Assembly: GCA_020054495.1 (NCBI GenBank)
Contig: JAHWGK010000002.1
Coordinates: 16,418 to 80,417, forward strand
DNA: 64,000 bases
DNA from: Thermoplasmata archaeon
Lineage (GTDB): Archaea > Thermoplasmatota > E2 > DHVEG-1
Direction of reading: 5' to 3'
The notes beneath the pieces are model-generated. The model was not told the DNA's origin, made no database searches, and saw only the letters and a list, made by a program, of their open reading frames with translations. Shown here piece after piece: positions 49,461 through 58,992 of the stretch. The position numbers and the translations under genes are program-made. How positions within the stretch are numbered: the first letter of the stretch is position 1; every line of letters begins with the position of its first letter.

Positions 49461-49582
49461 AATTGCCTAAAATCTGCTATCCCAATCGATGCAGAGCATC
49501 GGGGCATTACGCAGATTTTCGAGACGGCAATTCTTCGTTGATAGATTCTCAGTCATCATCGGAGCAGAGCTCCGGGGTATTA
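49460..49582. repeat. GC-rich structured element with two covarying 25-nt hairpin repeats (REP/IS200-IS605-end-like)
   Basis: ATCGATGCAGAGCATCGGGGCATTA (49485-49509) and ATCGGAGCAGAGCTCCGGGGTATTA (49558-49582); outer stems GAATTGCC/GGCAATTC and AAAATCTGC/GCAGATTTT. Confidence 0.7.
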
Positions 49583-49589
49583 AACCCAT

Positions 49590-50822
49590 TTAGGAATAAA
49601 ATAACAATCTTTCCAGCAATGGAAATCTTTCAAGCAACGGGAAACGCTCTAACAACCCTGATAAAAGATTGTGGGTAACAATTTTATTTCTAGGCATATT
49701 CACCTCGAGTGTCCCCCATTCGCTTTCATTACCATATCGATCTGTAGCTTTAGCTCTAATTATATAATTACCCTCTTCATCCCAACTATGATCAAGAATT
49801 ATTTCCTCACCAGACTCATAGGGACCTACAACTACTTCTCCAGTGTCATCACTCCAGTTAATGCAGTAGTATAAAATATCAAAATCAGGATCTGCCGCAA
49901 CAAATGTATATGAATACACTTCTCCTGCAGTGCCATCTGTTTCACCAGTAATCGTTGGTTTGTCTGGTGCTCTATTTGGAACTGTTGGATACCCTGCTGC
50001 ATCCCAACCAGTAATTCCACCTGGCATGTTATAAATCGTTCCATTAAACTCATTATCAATAAGGATATTAGTTGCAATAATACTTCGAGCCCCTGAATGA
50101 CAGGTAAGAATAATTTCCATACCTTCATATAATTCTAAAAATTCTTGTAATTTAATCTCATCTTGCAGATCATTAAGGCAATGGTGTTTTGGATTTTCTG
50201 GAGAAGGTGTGTCAATATGCCAATCAATCCACTCTCCATCAGTTCTTACATCAATCGGAATTTGAATACCATTAGCAGTATCAGTTAAAAGATCCCATGC
50301 TTCTTCAACTGTAATGTTTGTATGACCGCCACTCATAGTAGGAAGCCCTGCATCTACCCAGGCAGACATTCCACCTAGCATGTTATAAATCGTTCCATTA
50401 AACTCATTATCAATAAGGATATTAGTTGCAATAAAACTTCGACCCCCTAAACCACAATAAAGAACAATTTCCATACCATCGTATAATGTCATAAATTGTT
50501 GTAACATGGTTTTATTCTGCAACAAGTTAAGACAAAAATGCCGTGGATTCTCTGGAATTGGAGTGTCTATACGAACAACAGCCCATTCTTGATTTGTTCT
50601 AACATCAATAGGAATTTGAATACCGTTACCAGTGTCAGATAATAGATCCCGTGCCTCTTCAACTGTTAAATTGGTATAATCATCATTTAATTTCTCAAAT
50701 AATAAATCACATTCTGATTTATATTGAACGTTTGTTGCGTTTACAGCCGATCCAAATATTAGCCCAAGCATTAAAACTGTAATATTTAGAACCAAGCATT
50801 TTTTTATAATATTTTTTTTCAT
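49590..50822 (-). CDS. Secreted tandem-rhodanese protein with PKD-like domain and LLERFP tail
   Basis: Signal peptide; two IDVRT...C(GLGG/HSGA)RS...GG..W domains; NWSDDT PKD-like; LLERFPLLERFPLLERLL. Confidence 0.85.
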   Translation of the reverse strand: MKKNIIKKCLVLNITVLMLGLIFGSAVNATNVQYKSECDLLFEKLNDDYTNLTVEEARDLLSDTGNGIQIPIDVRTNQEWAVVRIDTPIPENPRHFCLNLLQNKTMLQQFMTLYDGMEIVLYCGLGGRSFIATNILIDNEFNGTIYNMLGGMSAWVDAGLPTMSGGHTNITVEEAWDLLTDTANGIQIPIDVRTDGEWIDWHIDTPSPENPKHHCLNDLQDEIKLQEFLELYEGMEIILTCHSGARSIIATNILIDNEFNGTIYNMPGGITGWDAAGYPTVPNRAPDKPTITGETDGTAGEVYSYTFVAADPDFDILYYCINWSDDTGEVVVGPYESGEEIILDHSWDEEGNYIIRAKATDRYGNESEWGTLEVNMPRNKIVTHNLLSGLLERFPLLERFPLLERLLFYS

Positions 50823-50870
50823 GTTATTACCTCCCCATATTTCTATTAACCTATTTTTTTTAATTTTTAC

Positions 50871-50884
50871 TTACCACGTGGTAA
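50871..50884. promoter_or_regulatory. Perfect palindrome upstream of rhodanese gene, candidate operator
   Basis: TTACCACGTGGTAA, matching TTAnCAnnTGnTAA. Confidence 0.55.
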
Positions 50885-51104
50885 ATATATTAATATTATA
50901 ATCCTATATAAATTTTTCCTACTAATAATATTCAATTTTTTAAGCCAAAAGCATCAAATTTTTCCTTAGAAAAAACTGATTTAGTTATTTAATATGATTT
51001 CTCTTTTTCAGATACATATTTAGATATTTACTCGCTCCTAATACAATTGACAATTATTAAATATAGATATATATTCCATATTATTCGTTAATGGTTACTT
51101 GTGA

Positions 51105-51437
51105 TTGAATATGAAAACACCGTGTGAGATAATTGTGTGGAATATTGTACCTGTAATCAAGAAGGAAATAGCAAAGAGTTTAATTAACGAATTTAGATTT
51201 AATCAAAAGATAACGGCAGAAAAATTAGGTACTACTGAAGCAGCAGTTTCTAGATATATATCTGGAAAAAGAGGTGCATTGGAGATTACTGATAAGGATA
51301 TTTTGAATGAAATTAGTAAATCTGCTAGAAGAATAGCTAATAAAAATAGTTCTGTTTTAATAATGGAAATCTGTAGAATTTGTCGACTTTTCAGGAGTAA
51401 AGAAATTATTGATGGAATTGATTATGAATGTGATTAA
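51105..51437 (+). CDS. Small HTH transcriptional regulator (COG2522-like), paralog 2
   Basis: TPCE, QKITAEKLGTTEAAVSRYISGKRG, CRIC; paralog of 26379-26714. Confidence 0.8.
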   Translation: MNMKTPCEIIVWNIVPVIKKEIAKSLINEFRFNQKITAEKLGTTEAAVSRYISGKRGALEITDKDILNEISKSARRIANKNSSVLIMEICRICRLFRSKEIIDGIDYECD

Positions 51438-51599
51438 AATAAAACTTATTTAACCCAAGTTAAACTTGGTATTTGCCCAATTTACTTATACCTATTTCAT
51501 CCCCCCCAACTTTCTTAGATCATTGTGGACGCCTACGTATGTTTTGTTAATACATATACCGATATCATCCCAACAATGAAAGCAATTGTCTACAAGAGG

Positions 51600-51794
51600 C
51601 TAATTTATTTTATGAATAGTTACTGTTCCATCGTTTAGAACAATCCATCGCAACTTATCACCATTTTCTAAATCTAAAATTTCAACAACCTCAGAAGGCA
51701 CTGTTATCCTTCTTCTTGAGCCACGAATTGTAATTGCTGCCTCCTTAATACATCTAACATCATCCAGTTCAATCTTTATGAAAGCCACCAACAA
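51600..51794 (-). CDS. AbrB/MazE/SpoVT-family DNA-binding protein
   Basis: GSRRRITVPSEVVEILDLENGDKLRW; lies after pstB. Confidence 0.75.
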   Translation of the reverse strand: MLVAFIKIELDDVRCIKEAAITIRGSRRRITVPSEVVEILDLENGDKLRWIVLNDGTVTIHKIN

Positions 51795-51953
51795 AGAAAG
51801 GGAAATCGATTACAAATATTTTGTTATTTCTACAATACAGTTTGGTAATTAATCAGTAATGAATTGTAAACTCAACTATACGGCATGCTGATTAGATAGT
51901 AAACAGTCAGTTATCACCATCAACTGTAATAAAATTTGAACAAATCGGGCTTT

Positions 51954-52727
51954 TTAACTTATGTCTCCATCAATATACGCTTTTGTTTTAGGATCTTTAG
52001 GATTGTTAAAAACCTCGTCTGCTGGTCCTTGTTCAACAACCTTGCCAAAGTATAGGAAAACCACATGATCGGCAAGTCTTTTCGCTTGACGTAGTGTATG
52101 CGTCACGAGTACCACAGTATACTCCTTTTTTAATTTTAAGAGAAGTTTTTCAATCTGCTGCGCAGCAATCGGATCTAGGGCAGACGTTGGTTCATCACAT
52201 AATACTACTTCTGGTTCTACCGCTATAGCCCTTGCCAAACACAGACGTTGTTGTTGCCCTACTGAAAGTCGTGATGCAGGATCATGAAGTCTATCCTTTA
52301 CTTCATTCCATAGGCCTGCTTCTTGTAAGTAATGTTTAACGGCACTATCTAACTCCTTTGCATTTTTCTTACCATGAATTCTCAATCCATATGCAACGTT
52401 ATTATAAATTGACATTGGCAAAGGATATGGTTTTTGTGAAAGTAATCCCATTTTTTTTCTCATATCTGGAACATCTACCCTAGAATCAAAAATATTTTCA
52501 CCATCAACAAGTATTTCCCCTGAAGTTTTGATGTTATCCCTTAGATCTAGCAACCTATTAAACGATTTTAACAAGGTTGTCTTCCCACAGCCAGAGGGAC
52601 CAATAATAGCAGTAAGTTGTTTTGTTGGGATTTCTATATTAACATTTTTTAGAACATAATTATTATCATAGTATACATTAAGGTTTTTGGTTTCTATATG
52701 TATATGTATATCTGATTTTTTAATCAT
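51954..52727 (-). CDS. pstB: Phosphate ABC transporter ATPase
   Basis: GPSGCGKTT, LSVGQQQRLCLARA, DEPTSALDP, VTH. Confidence 0.95.
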   Translation of the reverse strand: MIKKSDIHIHIETKNLNVYYDNNYVLKNVNIEIPTKQLTAIIGPSGCGKTTLLKSFNRLLDLRDNIKTSGEILVDGENIFDSRVDVPDMRKKMGLLSQKPYPLPMSIYNNVAYGLRIHGKKNAKELDSAVKHYLQEAGLWNEVKDRLHDPASRLSVGQQQRLCLARAIAVEPEVVLCDEPTSALDPIAAQQIEKLLLKLKKEYTVVLVTHTLRQAKRLADHVVFLYFGKVVEQGPADEVFNNPKDPKTKAYIDGDIS

Positions 52728-52740
52728 AGTTAATCCTCTT

Positions 52741-53598
52741 TTATCTTATTACAAATTTTGTATATCTTTTTGACAATGCCCTAGATACTATACTAATTGA
52801 AAGAACAATTACCACCAGTATAAACGCTGCAGCATACGCCCTCTGTCGAACCAATGGATAAGGTGAAGCATATAGATGATAAATCATCGTAGGGAGAGCA
52901 GCCGTTGAATCAAAAAGCGATCCAGGAATACGATCTGAAAAACCAGCGGTGAACAAAATAGAGGCAGCATCACCAATTCCTCTACCAAGCCCCAAGAGAA
53001 CTCCAGCAATAATTCCTGGGAGTGCCTGTCTCCGTACAACCTTCACTGCGGTCTCAAATTTCGTTGATCCCAACGAATATGCCCCTTCTTTAAGCTCAAT
53101 AGAGACCATCTTAATTGATTCATCCATATATCTTGTAATTATAGGGATTTCAAGTAAGGTTAATGCTATAATTCCAGCAAGCAATGATGTTCCAATTCCT
53201 ATAAATACCATAATCATGAGACAAAAAATCCCATATACTATTGATGGTATGCCCCATAGGATATCAAGAGACAATCGAATAAATGCAGATATCCTAGGAT
53301 GAGTAAATTCTCTTTGGAGATATAATGCAATTCCTAACCCTATTAAACACGCTAGAGCCGTAGCAGGCAACGCAAGAAACAAAGAGCCAAGTATAGCATT
53401 TAATATTCCACCACCCCGTCCTAAATAATATCCTCCACCTGATGTCTGAGTAAACATTTCTATAGTAAGTGACGAGCCGCCGTTAAAAACGACCAGTCCA
53501 ATAATGATTACCAAGCTACCCATTACTATAAAAACAGAGGCGAGCATAAGTATTTTAAAAATCTTTTCCTCAAGAATACGTCTATTCAATAACTCCAC
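52741..53598 (-). CDS. pstA: Phosphate ABC transporter permease
   Basis: GGILNAILGS, LWGIPSIVYG, EGAYSLG, GRGIGDAA. Confidence 0.92.
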   Translation of the reverse strand: MELLNRRILEEKIFKILMLASVFIVMGSLVIIIGLVVFNGGSSLTIEMFTQTSGGGYYLGRGGGILNAILGSLFLALPATALACLIGLGIALYLQREFTHPRISAFIRLSLDILWGIPSIVYGIFCLMIMVFIGIGTSLLAGIIALTLLEIPIITRYMDESIKMVSIELKEGAYSLGSTKFETAVKVVRRQALPGIIAGVLLGLGRGIGDAASILFTAGFSDRIPGSLFDSTAALPTMIYHLYASPYPLVRQRAYAAAFILVVIVLSISIVSRALSKRYTKFVIR

Positions 53599-54479
53599 CT
53601 CCTCTTAGCTCTTCTAAGAACAACTACTGCTAAGACATTAAACAACAATACTACGACAAACAGAATCAATGCTACCAACATAAGCGCCGACTCATAAAGA
53701 GGCACTGACATCATTTCACCATATGCAGAGGCTATCAATGAAGCTAGTGTCTGCCCAGGATGCAACAAAGAAGAGGGTATCCTAGGAATTCCGCCAACCA
53801 CCATGTTCACAGCTATTGTCTCACCAAAAGCCCTCCCAAAACCAAGCAATACTGCAGAAATAATACTAGGTGCAGAAGCGCGAAAGATAACTTTTTTTAC
53901 AGTTTCCCATTTCGTCGCTCCTACAGACAACGATGCCTCCTTCAGCTCAATAGGTATAGCACTAAATGATTCTACACACAATGAGATAATTATAGGAAAA
54001 ACCATTATCGCCAAGGTTACAGATGCTGTAAGTATACACAGACCCGTACTTTCTATACCAAACCATGGTGCTATCACGTCCTTGACCAGTGGCACCAGAA
54101 AAAGAAATGCGCACAACCCGTAGACAACAGAAGGAACACCGGCAAGTACATCAAGAAAAGGTCTGATCACCCGCCTAATTTTTCCAGGGGCATACTCAGC
54201 AATATAAACTGCACTGAGCAAAGAAATTGGTATCGCAATAATGAGGGAAATCCCAGTTACTAATATGGTTCCAATAATGATTGGATAAAGACCAAACTCA
54301 CCCTTTTCAGGATTCCATAATGAAGAAAATAATAATTCGGCGATAGACTGAGTTTCCAAAATGAATATAGACTTATACAATAGAATTAAGAATATCGCGA
54401 AAAATAAAAGAGAAGCAAATATCGTAACCGTAAACATCAGTTTTGTGCCAATGAAATCACGCAACTTTCTCTTATTCAT
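53586..54479 (-). CDS. pstC: Phosphate ABC transporter permease
   Basis: WNP...FG..P.IIGT, LAGVPSVVYG, GRAFGETIAV. Confidence 0.93.
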   Translation of the reverse strand: MNKRKLRDFIGTKLMFTVTIFASLLFFAIFLILLYKSIFILETQSIAELLFSSLWNPEKGEFGLYPIIIGTILVTGISLIIAIPISLLSAVYIAEYAPGKIRRVIRPFLDVLAGVPSVVYGLCAFLFLVPLVKDVIAPWFGIESTGLCILTASVTLAIMVFPIIISLCVESFSAIPIELKEASLSVGATKWETVKKVIFRASAPSIISAVLLGFGRAFGETIAVNMVVGGIPRIPSSLLHPGQTLASLIASAYGEMMSVPLYESALMLVALILFVVVLLFNVLAVVVLRRAKRRWSY

Positions 54480-54530
54480 GATGAATTCTTTTCCCTCAAA
54501 TATTGGAATATAAGGATAACCGGAATTTTC

Positions 54531-55553
54531 CTAGGTAGTCTCTGGTCTTTCTCCTTGTTCTAGATACTCCATCTGTTCACCAATCATATCTTCGGATAAC
54601 TGGATATAACCATTATCAGGGACATATTGCTGCCCATCTGTTAAAATCCAGTAAACAAACTCCTTTGCCACCCCGGTGAAGCTGTTTTTTGTCACTAAAT
54701 GTAGAGCTCTTGCTGGTGGAGATGGATATACATTACTAGCTATTGCATTCACAATATTGGTTCTGTTATCATAAAAATTCTCGTTCTCATCTAGTATACC
54801 ATTCTCATCCAAATCTATAGGAACAGGCTTTATCCCATTAAATGGTTTTTTTGTCTCTGGATCATATACAAAGTTAATGTTATTATACCCTATGCCACGT
54901 TTATCTCCTTGTACGGTTGCAGCAAGATTCGGATCTCCATTTATAGCTGAATCCGCTGCATTTGTCAGATCATCTTGTGTATACTCTCCAAGGTATTTTG
55001 CCCATGTTTTAGCAGCACCACATGCATCAGATCGAGTATATACCCTAATTTTATCTGTCACAGCAGGATTATCAACTAGTTCTCCCCATGTTTTGATGTT
55101 TCGTGTAATGAATATGTCTACAAACTGCTGTTTTGTAATACCTCTTGTAAGGATGGTATTAGCTACAGGATTATCTGTATTAATCGTTGCAAGCACAGCG
55201 TCTTTTGCAACAGAAACCCAAAATATTCCCTGATCTATTTCCGACTGATATATGTCTCTTGAGACCATGCCTATATCCACAATTCCCTGGATAGCATCTG
55301 ACATCCCCTTGCCGGCACCACCGGCAGATACATCAATTTTAACCTCTGGATGAATTTTTCCATATTCCTCAGTCCATATACCCATCATTGGATAAAGGGC
55401 AAACGCACCTGATACTTTTATTGTGTTTTTCTGTTCGCCTATGCAGCCACATGTGCTAACAACTCCGAGCATAACAATGATTAGAACCGCGCCTATTTTC
55501 ATTATTTCATTCCGTGTTTGCTTCTCTTTTGTATATTTCTTCATTTCAATCAT
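54531..55553 (-). CDS. pstS: Phosphate-binding lipoprotein
   Basis: Start after GGAGG RBS; lipobox TCGC; SGAFALYP, SAGGAGKG, DIGMVSR, TRSDACGAA. Confidence 0.9.
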   Translation of the reverse strand: MIEMKKYTKEKQTRNEIMKIGAVLIIVMLGVVSTCGCIGEQKNTIKVSGAFALYPMMGIWTEEYGKIHPEVKIDVSAGGAGKGMSDAIQGIVDIGMVSRDIYQSEIDQGIFWVSVAKDAVLATINTDNPVANTILTRGITKQQFVDIFITRNIKTWGELVDNPAVTDKIRVYTRSDACGAAKTWAKYLGEYTQDDLTNAADSAINGDPNLAATVQGDKRGIGYNNINFVYDPETKKPFNGIKPVPIDLDENGILDENENFYDNRTNIVNAIASNVYPSPPARALHLVTKNSFTGVAKEFVYWILTDGQQYVPDNGYIQLSEDMIGEQMEYLEQGERPETT

Positions 55554-55835
55554 ATAAAAACCTCCTTCTGTTCCATATTTATTCCCGAAATACTCGCTAG
55601 GAATAATGCAAATCGTGTTGAACAAGACATTGTCATAAGACATTATTATGTAATAACCCATATTTAAAACTATTGGTAATTTTCATATATCAAACCAAAT
55701 TAATCCAAGTTTAATGGTTTTAATCCAATTTATCCAGGTTCTGTTGGAATGACAGGTTGGAAAAATCTGCTAAGTATGATTTATAATGAATTGCTATATT
55801 CCATCGATTTTTATGACTCTCTTCATCTTGTGGAA

Positions 55836-56597
55836 CTAGGAGCATTGTTTACATAGTGTTTTAAATTTACACCAATCACACAACCTTGAAGGATTTGCAG
55901 GGAACTTTTCAGCGTTCTCGATAACATCTATTAATTCAATAGTGTCCTGTTTTAATTCTTCAAGCCCATCATCTGTTCTAGTGGCATCAATCTCCTTGTT
56001 GAATTTTAGGAAATGTCAAATCAAACGAACATCTTTGATATCTGGATATCTCTGTTTTATGCCAATTGAATAGAGTGCCAACTGTCTATCATTTTCAATA
56101 GTTTCTAAAGAAGGCAACCGTGAGCATGTCTTATAATCGTGTATCTCATAACAACCATCCTCTATCTCTGTAAGTCTATCAATATAACCACATAGTTTGT
56201 ACTCACCAGATTCATCTAGATTTATGAGAATACGTTCTTCAAGCGCAATAGTTCTTCCCTGATCAAATGGTTTATACATTTTGTAGTAGTTAGTGATACA
56301 TCTTTCAGCTATCAACAGATAGTCTTTAGGACGATATTTCTCCTTTACAATCACAATCAAGTCATTCCAGTTTTTAGTCCATCGAATATGTAAAAAAACA
56401 AGCAAATCTTCCAAAGTATTTTCTTTTTGATATTGAATATCACGATATAATTTTTTCAAGGTTTCATGGACTCTTTTACCAAGAAATAGTTCAATGCTTT
56501 CTCTTGTTTCTGTTTTTACCTTGTCAGTATATTGGAGTTTATATTTTTGTGGACATTGTTCATAGCAGCTTAAACGGGAATGAGAACAAATTGTCAT
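55836..56597 (-). pseudogene. PD-(D/E)XK RecB/Cas4-like nuclease interrupted by in-frame TGA
   Basis: SHSRL..YEQCP, GYIDRL, IHDYKT, QLALY; TGA at 56016-56018 in VRLI*HFL; frame continues to LCDWCKFKTLC. Confidence 0.75.
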
Positions 56598-56770
56598 AAA
56601 ATATCACATCTTGCGACTGCAAAATTATTTTTGAAAACGTTCTTCAGCAACTCAATAAATGTAAGTTGCTTTAGTTCAGAAAAAGAAAGAAAAAAGGGTT
56701 TAAATTGCGGTTTAATAACCACCTTAAGAATAAAAAAAAAGAATGGTTTAACCTGATACTTTTTATGATA

Positions 56771-57472
56771 TTATTCAGTAATTTCAAATGTATAATGCTC
56801 TGTTTCGAGTGTGCCTAGCCAGATTTTAGGGAATTCTGAAGTTAGTGAAGGGATTGGTAGAAATGATTTATATGCTGCGTAAATTCCATAAGCTCCAGGA
56901 ATGAAGTCGTAAGGTACGGGTACTTGAGAAGAAACATCTGTTGCAGAGTTTAGAATACCAAATAATCCACATTTTATATCTATTTCAATTGAGCTAGAAT
57001 CTTCTGGATATAATGTCAATAATTGCACATTATTAGGATCAACTGGGCCTATGAATTGAATTTCAAATCCATCTGGTGTACGAATGAAGAAATCAATAGT
57101 CCCAACTTTAAAATTCATTTCACTAACATAAATGATTTCATAATCAATATTAGTCAAAGTTGCTCGTACGAAAATTGGCTCCTCTAGCTTATATTCTTCT
57201 TTGCCGGAGATATCAAACAATAATTTGGGAGGTGCTGTGTCAGAATCTGGTTTTGGTGGTTCTACAGATTGAAAATTATCAAAGAATTTAGCTAAAATTG
57301 GGAATGTATTACAGATTTTACTAATAAAATCAAAAATCTTACTTTGAAATACAGTTTTTATTCCAATCACTTTCGTTTCATCAACTGAATTTTGAGCCAT
57401 AGCAACTGTAGAAATTGAGGCGCAAAAAAGTAAAGTTACTAGCATAATTGTTACAAATTTTTTATATTTCAT
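56771..57472 (-). CDS. Secreted hypothetical protein
   Basis: Signal peptide; beta-rich C-terminal domain. Confidence 0.7.
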   Translation of the reverse strand: MKYKKFVTIMLVTLLFCASISTVAMAQNSVDETKVIGIKTVFQSKIFDFISKICNTFPILAKFFDNFQSVEPPKPDSDTAPPKLLFDISGKEEYKLEEPIFVRATLTNIDYEIIYVSEMNFKVGTIDFFIRTPDGFEIQFIGPVDPNNVQLLTLYPEDSSSIEIDIKCGLFGILNSATDVSSQVPVPYDFIPGAYGIYAAYKSFLPIPSLTSEFPKIWLGTLETEHYTFEITE

Positions 57473-57567
57473 ATTTTTACCTCTGTCTTTATTTATATTT
57501 TTATTTTAACATTTATATATATTTATGATTATTTATAAAACTTTCGTTTATTAATAGACAAAAAAAT

Positions 57568-58887
57568 TTAGTAAAAAACAAGCGTATCATCAATGATTTC
57601 AAGTGCTTTATCAATTTCCTCAGAAGAAATAATCAATGGTGGACGGAATCTAATTGTATTTGCTCCACATCCAATAACGATTAAACCATTTGCATATAAT
57701 TTGTCTTTCAGCTCATTCCTCTTTTTGGCGTTTGGTAGATCAAACGCACACATAAGACCTAGTCCTCGAACATTAGATATTTTATCTTGATGCTTTTGAG
57801 CAAGTTTTTCAAGACCTTCTAAAAGACGTTTTCCCTGCAATTCTGCATTTTTTATTAGATTCTCTTCTTTTATCACTTCAAGATATTTTTGGCAGCGAAC
57901 CATATCAACAAGATTTCCACCCCAGGTAGAGTTGAGTCTACTTGAAATATTAAAAACATTTTCTTTGATTTCATCTACCCGATTACTAACCATAATCCCG
58001 CATACTTGTGTTTTTTTTCCAAAGGCAAGTATATCAGGCGTAAAACCAAAATGTTCGTGAGCCCACATCTTACCAGTCAGTCCAACACCAGTTTGTATTT
58101 CATCTAATATGAACATCATTTCATGTTTGTCACAAAGTCTTCTCAGCTCTAAGAAAAATTCTTTTCTAAAATGATTATCTCCACCCTCACCCTGAATAGG
58201 TTCAATAATAAGAGCGGCAATATCATTTGGATTTTCTGAAATAGCGGTTTCTATTTCAGATACTGCCTGTTTTTCAAGTTCTTTTACTTTTTCTAGGTTT
58301 TCTTTGTTTAAAGGATATGTAATCTTTGGATTTATGATACGTGGCCAATTAAATTTTGTAAAATATTTAGTCTTATCAGTATTAAACGTATTTGTCATTG
58401 AAAGTGTATAACCTGTTCTACCATGGAATGCTTCGTTAAAATGTATGACTTTTGTGCCAAGTTTTTCACTGTCTTCTTTTTCAATGTTTTTTCTCACCTT
58501 CCAGTCAAATGCAGTTTTCAATCCGTTCTCAACTGCTAGTGCACCACCACTGATAAAAAAAAGATGTTTGAAATAATTTGGCACTGCATGTTTTGCAAAA
58601 CTATTAACAAATTCTGACATTTCTGTAGTATATATATCAGAGTTGGTTGGCTTGTTTACTGCAACTTCTCCAATTTTTTTTATAAACTCTGGAGTGGTAA
58701 GTTTAGGATGATTACAACCTAGGGGGGCTGAAGCAAAAAAGGAGAAACAATCAATCATATATCTCCCAGTTCTTGAATCATAGATTTGGCATCCCTTGCT
58801 TTTTTTTAAATCTAAAACAAGGTCAAAACCATCTGCAAGTATATATTTGGCGAGTGTTTTATGTACATTTGTTGGCTCAATTGTCAT
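57568..58887 (-). CDS. lat: L-lysine 6-aminotransferase (class III PLP)
   Basis: ILADGFDLVLDL, KPTNSD, SGGALAVENGLK.AFDWK, DEIQTG, FGKKTQVCG, STWGGNL. Confidence 0.92.
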   Translation of the reverse strand: MTIEPTNVHKTLAKYILADGFDLVLDLKKSKGCQIYDSRTGRYMIDCFSFFASAPLGCNHPKLTTPEFIKKIGEVAVNKPTNSDIYTTEMSEFVNSFAKHAVPNYFKHLFFISGGALAVENGLKTAFDWKVRKNIEKEDSEKLGTKVIHFNEAFHGRTGYTLSMTNTFNTDKTKYFTKFNWPRIINPKITYPLNKENLEKVKELEKQAVSEIETAISENPNDIAALIIEPIQGEGGDNHFRKEFFLELRRLCDKHEMMFILDEIQTGVGLTGKMWAHEHFGFTPDILAFGKKTQVCGIMVSNRVDEIKENVFNISSRLNSTWGGNLVDMVRCQKYLEVIKEENLIKNAELQGKRLLEGLEKLAQKHQDKISNVRGLGLMCAFDLPNAKKRNELKDKLYANGLIVIGCGANTIRFRPPLIISSEEIDKALEIIDDTLVFY

Positions 58888-58992
58888 TATATCTTTATTC
58901 CCCCTTAAAATTGTTTTTTTACTTGTTAGAGCGCTATATCTCGTGCTTATAAAACGGTATCGGTAGTTTTTAAGAAATAATTAAAATTAGAT

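Noticed and set aside
49485..49582. CRISPR mini-array
   Set aside because: Only two non-identical units with compensatory changes, and no cas operon; the Cas4-like gene 6 kb away is a solo RecB-family pseudogene.
49463..49678. 71-aa plus-strand ORF after glyS
   Set aside because: It overlaps the hairpin repeat element and the rhodanese 3' end antisense, and has no RBS or recognisable motif.
51490..51600. Short hydrophobic reading frame (TIAFIVGMISVYVLTKHT*) as a gene remnant
   Set aside because: Too short to assign; no start or RBS.
56016..56018. In-frame TGA as selenocysteine or alternative genetic code
   Set aside because: The context suggests Trp rather than Cys, TGA terminates other genes in the window, no SECIS-like element was recognised, and all redox proteins here use Cys codons.
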